A DNA stretch of 64,000 bases, from positions 2,356-66,355 of the forward strand of contig CAMTUW010000010.1 in assembly GCA_947085035.1 (NCBI GenBank), given 5' to 3'. The DNA is from an uncultured Actinomycetes bacterium (lineage in GTDB: Bacteria; Actinomycetota; Coriobacteriia; Anaerosomatales; PHET01). Within the stretch, counting starts at the first letter, position 1; the number at the start of each line of letters is the position of its first letter. This document shows, one piece after another, positions 27,006 to 35,800 of the stretch. Under the pieces are notes generated by a model, which had not been told where the DNA came from, did no database searches, and saw only the letters and a program-made list of their open reading frames with translations. A program made the position numbers and the translations under genes.

Positions 27006-27602
27006 TCACATCTCGCGTCGGCACTCCATCGCCCGCCCGAGCGTGACCTCATCCGCGTACTCGAGATCGCCGCCGACCGGAAGCCCGCTCGCGATACGAG
27101 AAACCCGGACGCCGAGAGGCTTGATGAGTCGCGCGAGATACAGCGCGGTCGTCTCGCCCTCGACATTCGGGTTCGTGGCCGCGACGACTTCCCTGATCAG
27201 ACCGGAGCCGACGCGCTCGATGAGCTCCCGTATCCGCAGTTGATCGGGGCCGATTCCGTCAATCGGCGAGATCGCGCCGTGAAGGACATGGTAGACGCCC
27301 GCGAACCCATTCGTCCGCTCGATCGCCGCGACGTCGCGCGGCTCCTCGACCACGCACACGATGGTCGTGTCGCGTCCGGGCTCAGCACACACACCGCACA
27401 GCTCGCCCTCGGCGAAGTTGAAGCAGCGGGGGCAGAAGTGAATCCGCCTTTTGACGTCGACGATCGCTGAGGCGAGCCGCTCGGCATCGGAGGACTCGGC
27501 GGTCAACAGCCAGTACGCGATGCGCTGCGCGCTCTTCGGTCCGATGCCGGGTAGCCGCTCGAGCTCCTCGAGGAGTCCTTGGATCGGGGCGGGATAGCGC
27601 AC
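27006..27602 (-). CDS. recR: recombination protein RecR
   Basis: 198 aa. Motifs: [13 protein letters not shown] (HhH), the C4 zinc finger CPRCFNF..CGVC, and a Toprim domain. Confidence 0.93.
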   Translation of the reverse strand: MRYPAPIQGLLEELERLPGIGPKSAQRIAYWLLTAESSDAERLASAIVDVKRRIHFCPRCFNFAEGELCGVCAEPGRDTTIVCVVEEPRDVAAIERTNGFAGVYHVLHGAISPIDGIGPDQLRIRELIERVGSGLIREVVAATNPNVEGETTALYLARLIKPLGVRVSRIASGLPVGGDLEYADEVTLGRAMECRREM

Positions 27603-27603
27603 G

Positions 27604-27912
27604 TTACGTGAGTCCTGGAATGCTCATACCGCCGGTGATCTCGGCCATCTTGCCACCCGCGAGCTCTTGCGCTGCACGGAGCGCCTCGTTGACCGCCGCA
27701 GTGATCATGTCTTCGAGCAGTTCGATGTCGTCGGGGTCGACTGCTGCGGGGTCGATATGGATGGAGCGCAGCGAGAGGTCACACGACATCACCACTCGAA
27801 CCATTCCGCCGCCCGTGGAGGCCTCGACGGTCTCGTTCTTGAGCTCTTCTTGTACCTGAGCCATCTTCTCCTGGGCCTGCTGGACCTGTTTCATCATCTT
27901 GCCGATGTTCAC
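27604..27912 (-). CDS. ybaB: YbaB/EbfC nucleoid-associated protein
   Basis: 102 aa ([24 protein letters not shown]..). It sits in the conserved dnaX-ybaB-recR position and overlaps the dnaX stop by 4 nt. Confidence 0.88.
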   Translation of the reverse strand: MNIGKMMKQVQQAQEKMAQVQEELKNETVEASTGGGMVRVVMSCDLSLRSIHIDPAAVDPDDIELLEDMITAAVNEALRAAQELAGGKMAEITGGMSIPGLT

Positions 27913-29633
27913 TGTCCGTCCTCTCCGTCCGGTCTGGCTGGGTTCTCGGTCACGATACTCGCACCCAGCTCGTTTCGTAGCATGTCTTCCAAGGCGCTCG
28001 CTGCGCTGGAAGTGTCGGCGTTCTTCTTCACTTCGACCGCGGCTGCTTTCGGGCCCGGTCGCACAGCCCCGCGCCCGCTCTGAAAGCGGAAGGGCGGCGC
28101 GCTTCCGAACACTGCGGCCAGCGCCTCTCGGAGAAGCTCCCGATTCTCCGGAGTCGACGCCATTTCCAGTGCGAACGCGGACTCGGCGGGCAGCTCGACC
28201 ACCAGCGTCTCACCGTCGGGGTCGACATCCACCTCGGCCTGCGCGAAGGTGGCTTCGCGGGCTGGCTTGCGCTTCCGCACCTCCAAGAGAACCGCGTGCC
28301 AGTGGCGCTTCGCGGTGCCACGATCGAGTACCACAGGCCCGGAAGAGACCTCTGCTGCGGGCTCAAGACACGGCTGTGGGTCTTCCGAAGACTGCTCGCT
28401 GAGAGCTCCATCGTCGGCTTCGACTGCAGGGACGCTCGGGGTGCGGCGCTCGGACACGGCCTGCACGGGAGCGCTTCTCGCCGGAATACCTCGCTCCAAA
28501 GCCTCGACGCGCTCGGCGAGCGCTGAAAGCGTCATCTCCCCCTTCGGGTGCGCCATGCGTGTCAGCGCGACCTCGATCGAAAGCCGCGGATCACTTGACC
28601 AGCGCAACTCGCCCGCCAGCTCGCCTAAAAGATCGAGCACGCGTGCGAGGCGGTCGGGACCGTCGAACTCGGCAGCCTGGGCCTCCAGCAAGGCGACATC
28701 GGCCGTCCTGCGGTCCACGAACCCTCCTGTCGCACCGGCGGCGGCGATCAGATAGAGGTCACGCACGTGCGCAGTCAACTCCCGGACCAGTTCCGCCAAG
28801 TCGGTTCCGGTCTCGACCGCGTCTGCGATCCAGCGGAAACACCCCGCGATGTCGCGACGCACGACGAGCCCCACGATCTCGAAGAGCTGCGCTACGTCCA
28901 CCTCTCCGAGCATCCCCTCGACATCATCGACGGTTATCTCGCCGCCCGTGTAGGCCGCGAGTTGCTCAAGCGAGGTTATCGCGTTGCGCATGCCACCGTC
29001 GGCATGCCGCGCCATGAGGGTGAAGGCGCCACGGTCGACGGTGAACCCCTCGGATTCGGCGATGAACCGGAGGTGGTCTGCGATGTCCTCCACGCTGATG
29101 CGCCGGAAGTCGAAGCGCTGACAGCGCGAATGGATGGTCTCGGGAACCTTGTGCGGATGGGTCGTGCACAGCACGAAAACGACGTGGGACGGCGGTTCTT
29201 CAAGCGTCTTGAGCAGCGCGTTGAATGACGAGGTGGAAAGCATATGGACCTCGTCGATGATGTAGATCTTGTAGTGCCCGCGCGATGCTGCGAACTGCAC
29301 GCGACCGATGATCTGCTCGCGCACGACCTCGACTTGCGTGTGCGAAGCCGCGTCGAGTTCGAAGACATCGGGATGATTGCCCGACGCGACGTCGAGACAC
29401 TGCGGACACGAGCCGTCCGGCTCGGCGGTGGGGCCCCGGTCGCACAGGAGCGCCTTGGCGAGCAGCCGCGCCGTGGTCGTCTTCCCCGTGCCGCGGGGAC
29501 CGGTGAACAGGTAGGCGTGCGCGACCTTGCCCTCGGCCACCGCGTTTCTGAGCGTTCGCTCGACATGCGACTGACCCACGACATCGTCGAAGGTCAATGG
29601 GCGGTACTTGCGATACAGAGACTGATGCGCCAT
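27909..29633 (-). CDS. dnaX: DNA polymerase III subunit gamma/tau
   Basis: ORF 27909..29795 trimmed to the ATG at 29633 (MAHQSLYRKYRPLTFDDVVGQ). Walker A GPRGTGKTT. Zinc module CDRGPTAEPDGSCPQC. Confidence 0.92.
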   Translation of the reverse strand: MAHQSLYRKYRPLTFDDVVGQSHVERTLRNAVAEGKVAHAYLFTGPRGTGKTTTARLLAKALLCDRGPTAEPDGSCPQCLDVASGNHPDVFELDAASHTQVEVVREQIIGRVQFAASRGHYKIYIIDEVHMLSTSSFNALLKTLEEPPSHVVFVLCTTHPHKVPETIHSRCQRFDFRRISVEDIADHLRFIAESEGFTVDRGAFTLMARHADGGMRNAITSLEQLAAYTGGEITVDDVEGMLGEVDVAQLFEIVGLVVRRDIAGCFRWIADAVETGTDLAELVRELTAHVRDLYLIAAAGATGGFVDRRTADVALLEAQAAEFDGPDRLARVLDLLGELAGELRWSSDPRLSIEVALTRMAHPKGEMTLSALAERVEALERGIPARSAPVQAVSERRTPSVPAVEADDGALSEQSSEDPQPCLEPAAEVSSGPVVLDRGTAKRHWHAVLLEVRKRKPAREATFAQAEVDVDPDGETLVVELPAESAFALEMASTPENRELLREALAAVFGSAPPFRFQSGRGAVRPGPKAAAVEVKKNADTSSAASALEDMLRNELGASIVTENPARPDGEDGQ

Positions 29634-29714
29634 GCGGTGGATACGCCCCCTACGAGGATCACGGATGCCGCGTCGAGTATAGCGCTGGCCACTGACACGG
29701 ACGCGAACATGCGA

Positions 29715-29829
29715 GAAGCGCGTCGAGCGGGCCCGGACGCTCGGCAGAGGCCCCTTATGGCTGCTGCCTTCCGACCCTGACCAGGTTCGTGACATGCCGC
29801 CGTCCGAACCCGCTCGACGCGCTCCAGTA
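29715..29829 (-). ncRNA. ffs: signal recognition particle RNA (small 4.5S-type)
   Basis: Minus strand contains CCUGGUCAGGGUCGGAAGGCAGCAGCCAUAAGG, the domain IV/helix 8 consensus with GGAA. It is closed by a long terminal stem, GGAGCGCGUCGAGCGGG / CCCGCUCGACGCGCUUC. It sits in the conserved position upstream of dnaX. The ends are approximate (+/- 5 nt). Confidence 0.88.
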
Positions 29830-29836
29830 CAAGGGC

Positions 29837-29842
29837 ATTATA
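29837..29842 (-). promoter_or_regulatory. -10 box (TATAAT) for the SRP RNA
   Basis: A perfect TATAAT on the minus strand lies about 7-11 nt upstream of the first base of the SRP terminal stem. I found no convincing -35. Confidence 0.45.
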
Positions 29843-30276
29843 GCGAACGCATCCTCGTGTGATCGCGGAGAAGTGTGTCGAGGGCGCGATACACCATGCG
29901 GGCGGGTCATCGATCCACCCTTATACGCCGCCCTTGAGTGCCCACAGACCATGAGGAGTTGCACGCCGTCAGGGACCGCGTGACTCGCATTGAGCTTCGT
30001 GTCGGCGGAGGCTACGTCCTGTTCAGCGGATCTGACTGGTACGATCAATGGCATGGGAACGTGACTGACTTTGCCGTACAGGGTGCCGCTGCATTCTTCG
30101 CGGACCTGCCGCGGCTGGCGATGTGACCGCCTCCTGCTCAGCAAGCGTTTCGACCTGATATCCTCGACCCCGGAATGCGGGACCGAGCCCGAGGCCGGGC
30201 CTCGGATACAGACACGTCTGACACGGGTCATGTCCCGGACGCTGGGCAAGACCCTAGACGCGATCCGGAGGTTCAG

Positions 30277-31335
30277 GTGTCCGCACACTCGCCCGCCACC
30301 CGTAAGGCGATATTCGATCGGTTCGAACCGCTCCCGCAGCGGGCGGAGCGCAACCGAAGGCGTCTCAGGATCTACATGGCGCTCTATGTGACCCTGTCGA
30401 GCGCGCTGGTGGCGATCGCCCTCGTGGGCGGCGTGTACCTGGCGGTAGCGCTCGTGGCCTTGAGACTGGGCGATCCCGATTTGATGCGTCTGCTCGCAGC
30501 ATTCACCGTGCGACTGCCTGTCTACATCGGTCTGACGTGGGCCGTGTGTCTGCCGATGTTCGGCGTCTGGTGCGCGCGTGCGGCCAAGCGTCCGCTATCA
30601 GCGCTCCTGAGACGTCTGTCGGCCACTCCGGTCGCGCCCGGTGAGCACAGCCACGCGAAGGCCGCGCTCCATCAAGCGGTGATCGCAAGTGGGATGCGCA
30701 TGCCGCGACTGGCGCTGATCCCGGATCAATCGGTCAACGCGTTCGTGATCGCCCAAGACACCGATACCGCGTGGATCGGTGTGACGGGTGGGCTTCTCGA
30801 CATCCTTTCGCAAGATGAGCTCCGTGCGGTCTTCGCTCACCTCGTGTCGCGCGTCCGTGACGGATCCGCGCTGACCACGACGGTCCTCGCTGAGCTGTTC
30901 GACGCGGCATCCCGCGCCGGAGGTTCGGGCGATGCCTTGGTGGACTCTTACGCACCGGACGCCTACGACAGTGTTGGCGCGCAGTTTCTCAAGACGCTCG
31001 TGTCCCCGATGGCTCTCCTCTACCTCATGGTGAGAATGTGTCTCGGCATCTCCTCGGCCTTCATCCTGCCCGGGTACAGGCGCGCCCAGGAAGTCACCGC
31101 CGAAGCCGCAGACTCGGAAGGCATGCTGCTCACGAGAGACCCTGCGGGGATGCTGGGCGCCCTTGAGAAGGTGCTCCCCGCAGACAACCGACCGGGGACC
31201 GTCTGGGATCAGCGGTTTCGCGAGGATGTGTTCGGTGCGCTGTTCTTTGCGTGGCCCACGTTCAGTTTCATCGACGATCGGGAACTGATTCGTATTCAGA
31301 GGATGCGAGAGGTGCTGGGCGCGGCAGGGGCGTAG
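30277..31335 (+). CDS. M48 (HtpX/Ste24)-like membrane protein with degenerate zinc motif (probable pseudo-peptidase)
   Basis: ORF 30175.. trimmed to the GTG at 30277 (GGAGG 5 nt upstream). N-terminal TM helices. The M48 core VNAFVI..WIGVTGGLLDILSQDELRAVFAHLVSRV has HLVSR where HExxH is expected. The downstream RRAQEVTAEAAD..DPAGMLGALEKV matches the M48 third-ligand region. Confidence 0.7.
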   Translation: MSAHSPATRKAIFDRFEPLPQRAERNRRRLRIYMALYVTLSSALVAIALVGGVYLAVALVALRLGDPDLMRLLAAFTVRLPVYIGLTWAVCLPMFGVWCARAAKRPLSALLRRLSATPVAPGEHSHAKAALHQAVIASGMRMPRLALIPDQSVNAFVIAQDTDTAWIGVTGGLLDILSQDELRAVFAHLVSRVRDGSALTTTVLAELFDAASRAGGSGDALVDSYAPDAYDSVGAQFLKTLVSPMALLYLMVRMCLGISSAFILPGYRRAQEVTAEAADSEGMLLTRDPAGMLGALEKVLPADNRPGTVWDQRFREDVFGALFFAWPTFSFIDDRELIRIQRMREVLGAAGA

Positions 31336-31362
31336 CGTGCTCGTACCGGCTGGGAGACTGAG

Positions 31363-31629
31363 ATGGCCGTCTTGATTGCCGCATACATCGTGGCCGGTCT
31401 TGCTTGGGGATTCGCCTACTGGTTCGGTCTCAGAAACGGGCGTGCCGGAGTCAGTCGGCGTGTAGCGTGGGTCCGCGCCTTGAGCATGTTGTTGCTCTTG
31501 ATGGTTGTGTCCGGCTTCCAGGGCTCCTCATCAGTTCTCGCGTCATCGTTCGTACTCCCGTGCTGCTACTTACTCGGCTGGCACCGCACGAGGCGTACCG
31601 AAATCGCCGCGAGGGCCAAGATCATCTGA
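31363..31629 (+). CDS. small hypothetical membrane protein (88 aa)
   Basis: The ATG lies 8 nt after GGGAGA and 27 nt after the M48-like stop. Two to three hydrophobic helices. Its 3' end overlaps the convergent ORF 31566..32780 by 64 nt. Confidence 0.4.
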   Translation: MAVLIAAYIVAGLAWGFAYWFGLRNGRAGVSRRVAWVRALSMLLLLMVVSGFQGSSSVLASSFVLPCCYLLGWHRTRRTEIAARAKII

Positions 31630-32780
31630 CCTGCGACAACTGAGTGAATGGACTCGCACCCCACGTGCGTGCACTTCACTACGCGAGGTGATGGCCGCTG
31701 GTAGGTGGAGACATACGTGTGAGGAGGTGTCCCCCATGGAACGACACAACGCACCCGCCAAGTCACTCGCGTCGTCGACGCACTCATCGGCGGCCCAGTG
31801 ACCAAAGAGGATTCCACTTTCAGCATCTCATCAGGAATCGCGTACGTGATGCCCGTGAATCCGCGTCCGTCCTCGCTGGAGCCCTCGAGAAGGTAGAACG
31901 GCAGGACGTAGAGCTGGTCGTAGCCGAGAGGGTCATTCATGTAGCTCATCGAGATGCTCTCGACAGTTCCTGCCGACTGCCCATCGAGGCCGAAGAACTG
32001 GGCCCGCCCGTTCCGAGCCGCGTCCAGCGCCTGCTCGGGAGTCTTGAGAGCGTATTCTGCGAAGGGCTCGATGTTTCGCCATACCGACATGGCGCCGAGA
32101 ATCCTTCCATCCTCTCCGAACTGAACGATGACCTTGGGGCCCACGCCTTTGTCGAATGCGAATCCGGCGAGCGGCTTGTGGCTGAAGCGGGCTTCGACCA
32201 TGTAGGGCCTCGCGACCCAGGCACCATTCTCGTATGTGCTGACGACGTTGCCCCTGTTCACGTCCCGGAACTCGGCTGCCTCCGGCATCAGATCCATGTC
32301 GTTGAGAAAGGTCTCGGCGCGCTCACGGTATTGCTCGTCGGATAGGAACCGCTTCAGCGGCTGAGCCTGTTTCTCGAACCCCTTCGTGGTGTAGTCGAAA
32401 GACCCCGTTGCTCTATCCACCTCGAAAGAGGCGTTCGAGTCCGCGATGACGAACGAGGCGGGCAACTCCTGAGCCTTACCCGCGAAGCCGAGCCTGCGGG
32501 CCTGGGACTCGAATGAGGCCCGCGAGACATCCGCCGGCTTCACCCTGTACACCATCATCCGCGTCGGCAGGGATTCCGTCGCCGCCCGGGATTCAAGCGC
32601 ACGAGGGCCACCACCGGGGCCCATGCCGTCCTGAGGCGAGATGGTGAGTACGACGTTGCGCTCCGCAGGTCTGGTTTGTGACTGCGGTCGCGTCGCGCTT
32701 GACGTAATCTCGCAGCCGACCACCAGCGCCCCCAAGGCGAGGACCAAGACGACTCTGAGCGCAGAAACCAAGCTTCTCAC
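31566..32780 (-). CDS. hypothetical lipoprotein
   Basis: ORF 31566..32789; I prefer the GTG at 32780 (GGGAGG 8 nt upstream). Signal plus lipobox: VRSLVSALRVVLVLALGALVVGC. The last ~75 codons (31566..~31790) have atypical composition and lower GC3, so the true 3' end is uncertain. Confidence 0.6.
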   Translation of the reverse strand: MRSLVSALRVVLVLALGALVVGCEITSSATRPQSQTRPAERNVVLTISPQDGMGPGGGPRALESRAATESLPTRMMVYRVKPADVSRASFESQARRLGFAGKAQELPASFVIADSNASFEVDRATGSFDYTTKGFEKQAQPLKRFLSDEQYRERAETFLNDMDLMPEAAEFRDVNRGNVVSTYENGAWVARPYMVEARFSHKPLAGFAFDKGVGPKVIVQFGEDGRILGAMSVWRNIEPFAEYALKTPEQALDAARNGRAQFFGLDGQSAGTVESISMSYMNDPLGYDQLYVLPFYLLEGSSEDGRGFTGITYAIPDEMLKVESSLVTGPPMSASTTRVTWRVRCVVPWGTPPHTYVSTYQRPSPRVVKCTHVGCESIHSVVAGQMILALAAISVRLVRCQPSK

Positions 32781-32809
32781 GTACTGCACCTCCCGCAGAC
32801 ATCGTACCG

Positions 32810-32845
32810 AAAAAAGTGGAAGGGACCGCTTTCGCAGTCCCTTCC
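32810..32845 (-). terminator. intrinsic terminator after the surface-protein gene
   Basis: Minus strand: GGAAGGGAC-UGCGAAAGCG-GUCCCUUCC followed by ACUUUUUUCGG. A second 8-bp hairpin (AGCGACUC-GCGUU-GAGUCGCU) lies just upstream at 32857..32877. Confidence 0.8.
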
Positions 32846-32885
32846 GGCTTCGCGGAGCGACTCAACGCGAGTCGCTGGGGAACCG

Positions 32886-35800
32886 TCACGAAACAAACGA
32901 GCGACCCAAGCGACGCAGGGCGACACCAAGTGCGCCCGCCGCAAGCGCTGCCAGAGCGAGAAGCGTCCACTCCCCACCCGTGAAGGGCAGGAAGGGTTCC
33001 CCGGTCTGGACTCGCCAGTCGTCACGATCATTCGTGCTGTTGTCATCGCCGGGAGTCGTAACGACGACGACGTTGTCGATCCTGGTCACGCTGTCTGGAA
33101 GATCACTGTCGATGCGGACGCTGTAGGTGAACTCCTGAGGGCCGGCCTCAGGACTCAAGGGACCAGCGACCTCCCACGTGATCCGACCGCCCGCGACCGA
33201 GCCTCCACCGGCATTCGTCACCGTGACATACCGCTCGTCGAAGTCATCGACGATCGTGATGCCGGATGCGTCCCCATCGCCTACATTCTCGTAGGTGACG
33301 GTGTAGATGACGGTGTCCCCCGCAATGGCGCGGGTCTTGTTGGCGGACTTTTCGATGCTCATGTCTGGCTTGGGAGTGAAAGGCAGCGCAACGTCGACGA
33401 ATGCATCGTCTTCGCCTCTCACCTCATGGCCTGCGGCGTCAACCGCGGTGGCCACCACGACGTTCGTGGTGGGTTCTGCAGGCGATGCGGTCATGGTGAA
33501 CGTGACCGGCTCACCTTCGATCGGCAGAGATGCGAGCGTACCCACGACACCGAGCTTATCGTCGGTCAGAGCCACGTTGAACAGATCGACGTCCCCGAGG
33601 TTCGACACCACGTAGGTGTAGACCACGGATTCTCCGAGCACGATCTCTGTCGGTGAAACCGTCTTCACGACGCCGATCGCAGGAGCGACCACGTCGACGA
33701 ATTCGGGCTCACTGCTATCAACAGACCCGTAGAACTCCGTCTCGGGAGTGCCGTACCAGCCAGTGGCCGTGCCGATGTTGGTGACGTCAGCAGCTATGGC
33801 CTGGATGATGCTCACCGTGTCAGACGCCCCCGGAGCGAGTGCCGGTATCGTCCCGACCGGACCGAGTATGTCGTCGGTCACCGCTATGTTGAACAAGGCG
33901 ATGTCGCCCTCGTTCTTCACCAGGAAGGTGTAGGTGACCGGAGTACCGCTGAGTACGACGTTACTCGAGGCGGACTTGAGGATGCTGATGCCGGGATTGA
34001 AGACCTGCACCGTCACGGTGTCGGTCTCACTGTACTCGTTCTCGAACTCGTCGTAGCCCGTGACCGTGACGACGTTGGTCGTGGTCTCGTCGAGCACCGC
34101 GCTCTTGGTGAGCGTGACCGGCTCGCCCCCGACAGGGAGTTCGTCGATCGTGCCGATGTGACCAAGCTTGTCGTCGTGGACCATGAGCGAGTAAAGCGGT
34201 GCGTCACCCGTGTTGGTGACGGTGAACGTGTATTCCACCGTCGACCCTGAGACCACCGGGCTGGGTGAAGCGGACTTCTCGACCGTGAACGACGGAGAGA
34301 GCGCGTCGACACTGGCCGGATCGGTAGCGAGCACCGAGCCTGCGAAGTCCGTCTCCTCCGTGCCGTAGGAGGCCTCAACAGTGCCGATGTTGGTGACGTC
34401 GCCACTGATGACGGCGCTCTTGGTGAGCTGTGTCGGAGCACCGGGCATCAGGTGCTCGATGGTTCCGATCTCACCGAGGATGTCGTCGGTGACGACGACG
34501 TCATGGAGCATGATGTCGCCGGTGTTCTCGATCGTGTAGGTGTAGACGACGGTGTCGCCCACGACCACGCGCTCGCGATCGACGGTCTTTTCGATCCGGA
34601 TGCGCGGGTCGAACACCTCGACCGTGGCGCTGTCTGAATCGGAGACCCGGTGCTGGTACTGGTCGCGTCCGGTGACCTCACCGAGGTTCTCGGTGGTGTC
34701 GAAGAGCGCGACACCCGCGGTGAGCGTGGAGGACTGTCCCACGCCGAGCATCGGGATCGTGCCGATACCTCCCAGCTTGTCGTCGGTCACAACCAGGTCG
34801 TAGAGCACGACATCACCGACGTTTTCGACGACGTAGGTGTAGGTCACCATGCCGCCCTTGATGGTCGGGTTCGGCGAACCCTGCTTGTCGATCTCGACCT
34901 TCGGCGAGACCACGCGAACGCTGGCCTCGCTCGAATCTGTCACCGACCCGTAGAACTCCGTCTCGGGAGTGCCGTACCAGCCGGTGGCCGCGCCGACGTT
35001 GGTCGTGTCTTCGGCCAGGTTCGTCGTGATGCTCACCGTGTCAGAGGCCCCCGGAGCGAGCGCCGGGATCACCCCGACCGGACCGAGCTTGTCGTCGGTC
35101 ACCTCTATGCCGAACAGGGCGATGTCGCCCTCGTTCTTCACGAGGTAGGTGTAGATGACCTCGCCGCCCGGCAGCACCACGCCGCTCGAGGCGGACTTGA
35201 CGATGCTGAGAGCGGGGTTGAAGACCTGCACCATAGCCTCGTCGCGATCCGTCACTCGCAGAGCGAGTGCGTCATCACCGCGCACGGTGGCCACGTTGGT
35301 GGTCGTCGTGGTGAGAACCGCTTCTGCGGTCAGGGTCACCGTCTGGCCAGGGGCCATCGTTCCGATGGCGGCACCGGGAACAGCGAGCTTGTCGTCGCTA
35401 AGGGTCACGTCATACAGCGTGTCCTGACCGGAGTTGGTCACGACGTAGGTGTACTCGACATCAGCCGGGTTCACCGCTCTTGTCGGCGCCGCGGTCTTCT
35501 TGACCGAGATCGCCGGCTTGAGGATATCTACGCTGTGTCCGTCCTGCGCGAAGATCGGCGCCCCGATGATCGGTGTGCCGTCCACCCGTGCGGTGTTCGG
35601 CAACGGGTCGGGGTCGCCCGCGAGCACTGTGCGCGTCGCGTTGATCGTCTGGCTCGCGCCTGAGGCAAGCGTGCCGAGATTCCGGTTCAGCCCGAGGAGC
35701 GGGTCTGTCACGACCACATTCGTCAAGGCGTAGTTGCCCGAGTTCGTGACTTCGATTCTGTAGGTGATCACGTCTCCGACATGGGCAAGAGCAGGTCCGC

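Noticed and set aside
27909-29633. Programmed ribosomal frameshift or transcriptional slippage site in dnaX (tau/gamma production).
   Set aside because: I noticed no A-rich slippery heptamer (A AAA AAG type) or long homopolymeric A run on the coding strand. The closest is GTG AAG AAG AAC near 28020.
29755-30288. 177-aa minus-strand ORF and several 60-100-aa ORFs between dnaX and the M48-like gene, including 29938..30126(+), whose translation looks superficially protein-like.
   Set aside because: The 177-aa ORF runs straight through the SRP RNA. The others lack an RBS, have mediocre GC3 and match no recognisable family. I treat the region as non-coding (SRP RNA plus spacer).
31736-31801. 21-codon mini-ORF with a strong GAGGAGG-N8-ATG signal on the plus strand.
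   Set aside because: It is too short and featureless (MERHNAPAKSLASSTHSSAAQ) to call as a gene. I mention it only as supporting evidence that the overlapping lipoprotein tail may not be coding.
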